Shown here in pieces: positions 11,695 through 21,385 of a stretch of DNA of 29,990 nt (position 1 is its first letter; the number at the start of each line of letters is the position of its first letter). A model generated the notes under the pieces. The model did not search any database. It had not been told where the DNA came from and worked only from the letters and a program-made list of their open reading frames with translations. The position numbers and the translations under genes are program-made. This DNA is from Candidatus Vampirococcus lugosii (lineage in GTDB: Bacteria > Patescibacteriota > Gracilibacteria > Absconditabacterales > Absconditicoccaceae), in the NCBI RefSeq assembly GCF_018420025.1, contig NZ_JAEDAM010000009.1, forward strand, positions 1 through 29,990, read 5' to 3'.

Positions 11695-13059
11695 ATGTTT
11701 TTTAGTAAAAAATATATTTTATATCTTCGTTTATTGAGACCTATTTTTCATATACTTTTGATACTTTTATCGTTTTGGATAGTTTATAATATTAGATTTT
11801 ATGATTTTGTAGAAAATATTTTTCTTGATTTGCCAGATATTATATTTAATGAAACTTTAATATTTACATTAATTTCATCTTTTTTATTTATTTTAATTTG
11901 ATTTTTATTTTCTATTTATGAAATATTTAAACCTATACATTGATATTATAAAGAATTTTTAAAAATTCGATTTTTTTGGATGATTATAATATCTTTTATA
12001 GCTTATTTGTGACAATGATTTATTTTTCCTAACGGTATTTCTAGATTTATACTTTTAATTGGATGATTTTTTTCATTATTATTTATTACTATTTTTGATA
12101 TATTATTAAATAATATTAATTCTTATTTGGAAAGAAAAAATCCTTATAAACTTTTATTTATATATTCTACAGAAAGTTTTTATAAAAAAATATTTAATAG
12201 TTTTAGTGATTACAAAATTTATGATATTACTTGAATTTATGTAGATGATTTATTAGATTTAAATAAAGAAATTAAAAAATATGATATATTTGTTACTGTA
12301 GGTAATTTTGATAAAAATTTTTTACAAAATTTAATGGATATAATAAGACTTTATAATAAACAATTTTATCATATATCAGAAAATTTTTTCTTGGAAGATT
12401 TAGTATATTCATCTTCTAGAATTGGTCCAGTTTTGGCATATGAACAAAAACCTTCTCCATTGGATTGATGGTTCAAAGTAACTAAAAGAATTACAGATAT
12501 ATTATTTTCTATATTGTTTATAACAATTTTTTCTTGGCTTTATATATTAATATCAATTTTTATCTTTATTAAAGATTGAAGACCTATTTTTTATAAATCC
12601 GAAAGAATAGCTAGATGATGAAGAAAATTTTTTATGTATAAGTTTAGAACTATGATAAAAGATGCTGATAAACAAAAACAAAAATTAATAAAACAAAACG
12701 AAAGAAAATGACCATTATTTAAAATAAGTAATGATCCTAGAATTCCTAAATGGTGAAAAATATTGAGAAAAACTTCTTTAGACGAAATACCACAATTTCT
12801 TAATGTAATAAAATGAGATATGTCAGTAGTAGGACCTAGACCTCATTTGGATTTTGAAGTTGAAAAATATGAAAAATGGCAAAAAAGACTTTTGAGTGTT
12901 AAACCTTGAATTACTTGATATGCTCAAATATTTGGAAGAGATAATTTAGATTTTGACGAAGAAGCGAAATTAGATCTTTATTATATTCAAAATTGGTCAT
13001 TATTTTTGGATGTTTTTGTTATTATTAGCACTATTAAAGTTGTTTTTTCTGGTAGGTAA
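11695..13059 (+). CDS. Polyprenyl-phosphate sugar phosphotransferase (WbaP/Bac_transf family)
   Basis: 454 aa. Four N-terminal TM helices, a central soluble region and a fifth TM. C-terminal catalytic domain [103 protein letters not shown], and KPGITGYAQI. In-frame CGA at 11968. Confidence 0.88.
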
Positions 13060-13210
13060 TAAAAATTATTTGATCTATACTGAAATAATTAAATAAAATA
13101 AAAAATCAAATTTTAAATAAGTTTTGACAAAAAAAATAAATTACTTGAATATAAGTATAATTTTATTATAATCATATTTATAATTTTAGTTATTTATTAA
13201 TAATTTTTTT

Positions 13211-14566
13211 ATGGTAAATTTGGAAGATATAAAATTGCCTCCTAATAATTTAGAAGCTGAAAAATGAGTATTATGATCAATCATTTTGGACAATGATGTT
13301 ATGTATATACTTGATAGTTTCGTTATGACTGAAAATGATTTTTATCAAAGACAACATAAAGATATATATTCTTGTATATTAGAACTACATTGAGAAAATA
13401 AAACTATTGATATAGTTACAATTTCAAATCAACTTACAAAAAATCAAAAATTGGAAGATTGTGGTGGTATTGATTATTTATATGAATTATCTAGTAGTAT
13501 TATTAGTCCTACCGTAGCATGAGATTATGCAAAAATTGTTAAAGATAAATCTATTTTGAGATGAATATTAAAAACTACTCAAATTATTTCTTGAGAAGTT
13601 TATGAAGAAAAAGATACATCTGAAATTCTTGATAATATAGAAAAACAAATTTTTAATCTTACACAGATAAAAACAAGCAATAGTTTACAACATATTAAAG
13701 ATATATTAAATAGAAGAATTGAAGATTATATGGAAATAGTAGATGATCCTGATAAAATAAATAGAAATAAAGTTTTGTCTATGTATAATTATTTGGATAA
13801 ACTTTTGTGATGATTTAAACCTTGAGAATTACATATATTAGCTGCTAGACCTAGTATGTGAAAAACATCTTTTGCTATTAATTTGTTAGTAAATGCGGCT
13901 ATTAAACAAAATAAATCTGTAGCACTATTTTCTTTGGAAATGTGAAATGAACAAATTGTTGATAGAATTCTTTCGGCAGTTGCTGATATACCGATTTATA
14001 AAATACATAAATGACAACTTGATGAAGAAGATTTTGCAAATATTTGAGAAGCTATGGAAAAAATTTGACAAGTAAATATTTTTTTGGATGATAAATGATG
14101 AGCTAGTATTCCAGAAATTAAATCAAAACTTAGAAGATTAAAAATAGAAAAATGAGCTTTGGATATGGTAATTATAGATTATTTGCAACTTATGAGTAGT
14201 GCTTGATCTAAATTTGCATGAAATAGAGTGCAAGAAATATCTGAAATATCAAGATGATTAAAAGAAATGGCAAGAGAACTTGAAATACCAATTATGGCAT
14301 TATCTCAATTATCTCGTGCTGTAGAACAAAGACCTGATAAAAAACCACAATTATCTGATCTTAGAGAATCTTGAGCTATAGAACAAGATGCAGATGCAGT
14401 AATGATGCTTTTTAGAGAAGAATACTACGATCCTGATACTGATAGACCATGAACTGCCGATGTATTGTTGAGAAAAAATAGAAACTGACCTACATGAGAA
14501 GTTGAATTAAGTTTTGTTAATGAAATAATGAAATTTTATGATAAAGTTCCAGAACAAGAAGACTAA
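13211..14566 (+). CDS. dnaB: Replicative DNA helicase DnaB
   Basis: 451 aa. [19 protein letters not shown]. Walker [17 protein letters not shown] (Gly is TGA at 13859). Walker [54 protein letters not shown]. Confidence 0.93.
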
Positions 14567-14598
14567 AAAATTTAATTTATTATATTATTTAAATAATT

Positions 14599-15165
14599 AT
14601 GTTAGTAGTAGATATTGAAACAACTTGACTTGATACAGAAAAATGTAGTATACTTAGTATATGAGCTTTATGTCTTGAACAAATAAATAATACATTTTAT
14701 TGAGAATGTAAAATTTGGGATTGAGCTGATATATATGAAGAATGACTTGCGATAAATTGATTTACTAAAGAAAATATTAAAGATTCTAAAAAACAAAATG
14801 AATGAGAATTAATTTTCAAATTTTTGAAATGGCTTGATCAATTTGATAATAAAATTATAGCTTGACAACATCCTATGGCTTTAGATATTCCTATATTGAA
14901 ATCTGCTTGCAAAAGAGCAAATATTGATTATAAGTTTTCTCATAAAACTATAGATTTACATTCTTTGGCATATTGATATTTTTTGAATAAATGAATACAA
15001 ATTCCATTGAAAGAAGATTGAACTAGTGATATTAGTTTGGATTATATTGCAAAATATTTTGATTTATGAGAAGAACCAAAACCACATAATGCACTTAATG
15101 GTGCCAAATATGAAGCAGAATGTTTTGGTCAAATTATTTATAATAAAAAACTTTGAATAATTTAA
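14599..15165 (+). CDS. DnaQ-like DEDD-family 3'-5' exonuclease domain protein
   Basis: 188 aa. ExoI VVDIETTGLD. ExoII-like GQHPMALDIPIL. The ExoIII-like motif HNALNGAKYEAE has Gly where the canonical H-x4-D Asp is expected, so activity is uncertain. Confidence 0.7.
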
Positions 15166-15176
15166 AATAATAAATT

Positions 15177-15920
15177 ATGTATATTTTTACTTTTAATTTG
15201 TATTTTTCTTTTGATAAAATTGTTTATTTACAAACTTCAACAAAATTATCTATAGGTGATTTAATATATATTAAATGATCTTATGCAATAGTTTTATGAG
15301 ATAATATTTCTTTTAAAGAATTATATTATAAATATAATTTATCTTATGAAACTGTAGAAATTATATATAAAAATTTTTTGAATAAAAATTCAATCAAATT
15401 AATAAATTATATAGTATTGGAGTATTTTTCTACATTTAGAAAAGTTATTCCATTGTTTGTTCCAGATAATAATATAGATAAATTATTAAAAAATAAATTA
15501 AAAATTAAATCAATTAAACTAAATTCATTAGATATTATTGACAACAAAATATCTATTTCAAAAGAAATAAATAAAGAAAAAAAAATCTTTATTTTTCCAA
15601 ATGTTTGGTCTGCATACAATATTATAAATAATAATAAAATTATTGAAAATTATTGAATATATTATTGATCTACTAGTATTTTGTCAAAATCAAAATTATT
15701 TTGGGAAATATCAATGAATAAAAAATTAGATTTATTATGTACTCATTCTCAAATATTTCAGAATTGGTCAAATTTAAAAAAAATATATATATTTAATCCA
15801 CATACTTGGTATTACAAAACTCAACAAGAACCGAGATATAATATATGTAATATTATTGAATATATGTCAAAATTATATAAAAATGATTTAATATATATAA
15901 ATGATCTTCGTTTATTTTAA
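15177..15920 (+). CDS. PriA-like (primosomal protein N') remnant lacking Walker A, DEAH and the entire C-terminal half
   Basis: 247 aa. Standard-code fragments 15378 and 15681 share frame 0. Colinear with PriA landmarks. N-terminal barrel: LSIGDLIYIKGSYAIVLG. LINYIVLEYFSTFRKVIPLFVP vs l..w.a.yY....g.vl...lP. IFIFPNVWSA vs lvLvPEi.lt. SKSKLFWEISMNKKLDLLCTHSQIFQNWSNLKKIYIFNPHTWYYKTQQEPRYNICNI vs s..eR...W..i..G...iviGtRSAlF.P..nLglIivDEEHd.sYKq...PrY.aRdv. No GxGKT motif, and DEEH is replaced by FNPH. Confidence 0.5.
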
Positions 15921-16134
15921 ATTGAAAATTATTGAAATTATGATAAAATTTATACTAGATTTTTTAATATTTCCTTTTAAAAAAAATAAAGAAAATAATA
16001 AATTCAATGAACTTATTGTTTTTCTTTTTAGAAAATATCCTGCATATTTATGGAAAAATATTAGTTTTTCAAAAATTTTATGGAAAATCATAGCATTACC
16101 AATTTTTATATTATATATTATATTCAAAAAATAA
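15901..16134 (+). CDS. Possible small membrane protein
   Basis: 77-aa standard-code ORF overlapping the previous gene by 20 nt. An alternative ATG lies at 15940. Hydrophobic ends: FILDFLIFPF and IIALPIFILYIIF. No homology evidence, and in this AT-rich DNA it could be spurious. Confidence 0.3.
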   Translation: MIFVYFKLKIIEIMIKFILDFLIFPFKKNKENNKFNELIVFLFRKYPAYLWKNISFSKILWKIIALPIFILYIIFKK

Positions 16135-16470
16135 TTTAGATCTTTTAAATTAAGAGAAAGCTCTTTTATTTAAAGATAATCTTACAAATAAAAAAATTGG
16201 GATATAATATTTATGATTATTAAAAATAATAAATGTTGATTATATTCTGATACATAATTACAAAAAATCTGTTTAATCTAGAATTATAGATTTTACTGAT
16301 AATTGCAAAATTTTGAGATAATTTTTTTAGTTTAAATTAGTATAATTTTTTGTTTTAAAAAATTTTGAAATAAAAAACAATATCTTGTTGAAATAATATA
16401 TTGAATTATTAATAATATTTATTATATACAAATATATAATTAATTATTTTTATTTAATAAATTAAAAAAT

Positions 16471-18222
16471 ATGTTAAAATTAGATTTATCTGAAAAATAT
16501 TTTACAAGTCATGACAATAAAGATATCTATTACAAATCTTGGACAAATAATGAAAATAAAAAAGCTATAATATTGATACATAGAGGACATGAACATTCTT
16601 GAAGAATAGCACATTTGGTAGATGAGTTAAATACAAAAGATACAAATTTTTTTGCATGGGATGCTAGATGAAACTGAAAAACTGAATGAAAAAGATGATA
16701 CAGTCCAGATTTTTCTTATTTAGTAAAAGATTTAGATTATTTTGTAAAACATATTACAAAAGAATATTGAATTGAAGAAAAGAATATAATATTGATAGCA
16801 CAAAGTGTTTGAGCTGTAGTAGCTTCTACTTGGTTGCATGATTATGCACCCAAAATAAAATGTGCAGTATTGGCATCTCCTGCTTTCAATGTAAACCTAA
16901 TAATTCCATGACTTAAACATATTCTTAAATTATGGCAAAAAATAAGATGAAATTATACTGTAAAATCTTATGTAAAATGAAAAGATTTAACTCATGATAT
17001 AGAAAGAAGTAAATCTTATGATACTGATCCTTTAATATCTTTAGATATTTCATCAAATATTTTATTGGAATTATATGAAAATTCTGATAGGGTAATAAAA
17101 GATGCATCGGCTATAAATATTCCAGTACTTTTATTAACTTCATGAGATGATAAAGTAGTTTTTAAGAAAGAACAAAAAATATTTTTTGATAATTTATCGT
17201 CCTCAAATAAAGAACATCATATATTAGAATGATTTTATCATGATACATTATGAGAAAAAGATAGACATATTGCTATGAAATTAATAGAAGATTTTATTGA
17301 AAAATTAGAATCTTGAGATAATGAAAATAATAATATAAATTTATTTGATTCATACAAAAAATGATATACTTATGATGAATTTATAAAATTATCAAAACCT
17401 TTAAATAAATTTTCATTAAAAAATATTAATTTTGCTACAACAAAATTTTTTATGAGAACATTATGAAAATCTTTATCAAAAGGTATAAACATAGCAGAAA
17501 AAACATGATATGATTCCTGATCTACACTTGATTATGTATACAAAAATCAAGCAGAATGAAAACTTTTTATATGAAAAATATTAGATAAATCATATTTAAA
17601 TAGTATTTGATGGAAATGAATTAGAAAAAGAAGGGAAAATTTGGAAAAAGCTATAAATATAGTAATTAATAAATTAGAAGAAAATAAAAAATCTATTAAA
17701 ATAATGGATATAGCAGCATGACATTGAAGATATATATTAAATTCTATTTTGCCATATAAAGATACAATAAATTCTGTTATACTTAGAGATTATAGTGATA
17801 TAAATGTTGAATGATGAAAAAAATTAATACAAGAGAAAAGTTTAGAAAATATAGTTAATTTCAAAAAAGCAGATGCATTTGATAAAAAAAGTATATCTGA
17901 TGAAAAAAATATAACTCTATGAATTGTTTCCTGATTATATGAATTATTTACAGATAATAATATGATAAATTCATCTTTGGAATGATTGTATAATGCAATA
18001 GAAAAAGATTGATATTTAATATATACAAATCAACCTTGGCATCCACAAATTGAATTTATTGCTAGAGTTTTAACAAGTCATAGACAATCTCAAAATTGGG
18101 TTATGAGAAGAAGAACACAAGCTGAAATGGATAGTTTAGTTGAAAATGTATGATTCAAAAAAATTGATCAATTTATTGATAAATGGTGAATTTTTACAGT
18201 TTCTATCGCAAAAAAAATATAA
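16471..18222 (+). CDS. Bifunctional alpha/beta hydrolase (lysophospholipase/monoacylglycerol-lipase-like) / class I SAM-dependent methyltransferase fusion
   Basis: 583 aa, checked codon by codon. Hydrolase half: ILIHRGHEHSGR (HG oxyanion region), nucleophile elbow IAQSVGAVVA, TSGDDKVV, GFYHDTL (Ser-Asp-His triad). Methyltransferase half: motif I IMDIAAGHGRY, followed by LGIVSGLYELF and GYLIYTNQPWHPQ. Confidence 0.8.
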
Positions 18223-18249
18223 AATATATTTATATAATTTAAATAAATT

Positions 18250-18669
18250 ATGAAATATAAATTAGAAATTATATCTATAATAATGAAAACAATTAGTTTG
18301 TTGTCATTTGTAATATTTCTAACATTTTTTGTTATGTTTTTGATTTATTTAAAGTCATCAAATCTTTTTTTACATAGTTTTATTATATTAAATTTTTTAA
18401 TTTGATTAATATTGACAATTATTTGATGGCATTTGTATTTTGACTCAAAATTATTTTTTTATCTTTGAAAAAATCAAGAATCTACTTATTATATAGATAA
18501 TTTAATTGAATCTATTTTTGCTAAAAAAATAATACAAAATAGAACTATTGATGATAGAATAAAATGATCTATAAAATTAACCAAAAAATTTATTTATATT
18601 TTTATATTTCATATAATTATTTTTATTATAATTATTCTCTATTTTTTATTATTAATGTTTTTTAATTAA
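18250..18669 (+). CDS. Hypothetical integral membrane protein
   Basis: 139 aa. Hydrophobic helices: TISLLSFVIFLTFFVMFLIY, FIILNFLIGLILTIIGWHLYF, FIYIFIFHIIIFIIIILYFLLLMFF. Confidence 0.55.
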
Positions 18670-18698
18670 TATTTTTATAAAATAAAGTTTAAATTAAT

Positions 18699-19463
18699 AT
18701 GAATAAATTAAGAAAATTTTTGAGAAAAATTTTTTTGAAATGTTGATTTTCTCAAGAACAAATTGAAAAGTTTTATATAAATATTTACTGAAAAATAAAA
18801 AGAATAAAAAATCCATTTTTTAAATTTACAAATTATTTTTTATTCAAAATTTGAAAAAGAAGTAAAATTGAATATGATCTAAAATCAAAATTACTAAATA
18901 GTAAAGAAGTTTTTTGAGATAATGAATTTTATCAATCATATCCTCCTTTATGATTTGATTGAGAAAGAGATACATTATTAAGATTTCAAAATTATAATAT
19001 TAAAAAATATATAAACAAAAATACTAATATACTAGATATATGATGAAATATATGATTTTTTTCTTTATACATATCAAAATATGTAAAACATATAGATCTT
19101 GTTGAATATAGTCAAGTATTAGTTGATATGTGAAATATATTAAAAGATTATGAAAATATAAAAAATGTATCTATTATGCAAAAAGATTTTAAAAATTTTT
19201 GTACAGATAAAAAATATGATGTAATATTTAGTTTTGCTGTACATAAATGGATATGATTGCCTTTCCTTGATTATATAGAGAAAATTTATAATTTATTAAA
19301 TAAAGAATGAATTTTATTTATAGAAAGTCAAAATTTGGATATAGATCCAGATTTTGAATATAATTTAAATAATTGTCAAAAATTTTTCAAAATTATAAAT
19401 ATAAATAGTACTAATGAAAAAAAATCTTATTTAAGAAAAATTGCTATTATGAAAAAAGTATAA
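18699..19463 (+). CDS. Class I SAM-dependent methyltransferase
   Basis: 254 aa. Motif I NILDIGGNIGFFSLY (three TGA-coded Gly). Acidic-loop region IDLVEYS. DVIFSFAVHKW. GILFIES. Confidence 0.7.
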
Positions 19464-19580
19464 TTTGATACTATAAATTTAAAGATATAAAATGTTAATA
19501 TAAATAATTAAATTCATTTGATTTTAGATAAAAATTGATTATATTATTTAATAATATTTTATTAAATAATTAATTTTTAT

Positions 19581-21260
19581 ATGAAAAAATTATCATCAGA
19601 AGATTTGAGAAATATTTGGAAAAATTTTTGGGAAAATTGAGAAAAAGATCATAAATATCTTAAATATTCATCATTAATACCAGATAGTAAAGATAAAACA
19701 GTTCTTTTCAATACTGCTTGAATGCAACAGCTTGTATCATATTTGCTTGGTAAACCTCATCCTTTATGAAATAGGCTTTATAATATTCAAAAAAGTTTGA
19801 GAACTTGAGATATAGATGAAGTAGGAGACGAAAGACATCTTACATTTTTTGAAATGTTTGGAAATTGGTCTTTATGAGATTTTTTTAAAAAAGAATCTTT
19901 GACTTGGTCTGTAGAATTTTTAAATAAAGAAATTTGAATTTCTATAGAAAAAATTTGAGCAACAATTTTTGCTTGAGATGAAACTTTATGAATATGAGAA
20001 GATATAGAAGCTAGAAAAATTCTTAATGAAATATGAATTCCTAATTCAAGAATTAAAGCAATATGAATGGAAGATAATTTCCGAGGACCAGCAGGGGAGT
20101 TGGGACCTTGTTGACCTTGTTCAGAATTTTTTGTTGATAGAGGTGAAGAATGGTGAAAAAATAATTGGGATATGTGAGAAAATGATAGATTTATAGAAGT
20201 TTGGAATAATGTTTTTATGGAGTTTTACAAAAATGAAGATTGAACTTTTTCAAAATTAAAACAAAAAAATGTAGATACAGGTATGTGACTTGAAAGACTT
20301 GCTATGATTTTACAAAATAAACAAACAGTTTTTGAAACTGATTTATTTGAATTTATTATGATAAGTTTACAAAATTTTGTTTGAAAAAAATATGCACCGT
20401 TCCAAAAACATGAAAATGAGTTTGATCAACAAGAAAAAAATGATACAAGGCATTTCAGAATAATAGCAGATCATATAAGAACAGCTATTTTTATGATTTG
20501 AGATTGAGTAATTGCTAGTAATGATGGTAGATGATATGTACTTAGAAGACTTATCAGAAGATTTTATTATTCTCTTATTTCTCTCAATGAAAATATTAAA
20601 TTAGATGATTTTATTAATGATTTGGTAAATAAAGTAAACCAAAAATATTGAACTTATTATATAGAAATTTCAAATGGTGTAAATAATATTATTTCATCTA
20701 TATTAAACGAAATTTATCAATTTCAAAAAACAATTAATAATTGAATAAGAGAATTTGAAAAAATAGTAAAAGAAATAAAAAATTCTGATAATCCAAATAG
20801 GAATTATTTGACATGAGAAGAGGCATTCAAATTATATGATACTTATTGATTACCAGTAGATATGATAGAAGAACTTGCTTTCCAAACTTGATTTTCAGAA
20901 AAGTGATTAAATCCTGTTTCTTTTATTGAATTTGAAAAAGCTATGGAAAAAGCAAGAGAAAAATCTCGTAAATCTTCAAAAGATATGTTCAAAAGATGAA
21001 TTGATTGGGCAAAATATTTGGATTGAATTAGTCCTACAGAATTTGTTTGATATGAAAATTTGGAATTGGAATGAATAAAAATTTTGAAAGATTTTGAAGT
21101 AAACTGACAAAGAGTTATTATTTTTGATAAAACTCCTTTTTATGCAGAATCTGGAGGTCAAACTTCTGATATTGGAATTTTGGAATTTGATGATAATAAT
21201 GTATTAAATATTTATGAAGTTCAAAATTATTCTGGTGTATTTTTACATTTTATTAAATAA
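19581..21260 (+). CDS. alaS: Alanine--tRNA ligase, catalytic and tRNA-recognition domains only (no editing or C-Ala domain)
   Basis: 559 aa. VLFNTAGMQQ; HLTFFEMFGNWSLGDFFK; EDNF-[CGA][91 protein letters not shown]. Ends TAA at 21258, just inside the beta-barrel and before any HxxxH/CxxxH editing motifs. Confidence 0.9.
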
Positions 21261-21316
21261 TTAAAGATTTTAATTTATTATTTATTTAAAATAAAAAATT
21301 ATTTATTTAAAAAGAC

Positions 21317-21344
21317 TTGACATTAATAAAAAAAATATTAAAAT
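21317..21344 (+). promoter_or_regulatory. Candidate sigma70-type promoter for the pilin-repeat gene
   Basis: Perfect TTGACA (21317-21322), 16-nt spacer, TAAAAT (21339-21344), about 40 nt upstream of ATG 21386. -10-like hexamers are common in DNA this AT-rich, so this is tentative. Confidence 0.3.
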
Positions 21345-21385
21345 TAATTTAATATTTTAAATATTAAATATTAAATATAACAAAA

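Noticed and set aside
11432-11737. 101-aa + strand ORF upstream of and overlapping the WbaP-type gene
   Set aside because: It has no in-frame ATG and would need a TTG start. Its composition is low-complexity Ile/Lys/Phe/Tyr. The 11695 gene already has the full five-helix WbaP topology, so no N-terminal extension or frameshift is needed.
13124-13129. Perfect TTGACA hexamer upstream of dnaB (another at 3809-3814 upstream of gmk) as -35 boxes
   Set aside because: There is no acceptable -10 hexamer at 16-18 nt spacing in either case. TA-rich hexamers are everywhere in this sequence, so the calls would be arbitrary.
20976-21161. 61-aa - strand ORF inside alaS
   Set aside because: It is antisense to a strongly supported aminoacyl-tRNA synthetase gene, so it is a shadow ORF.
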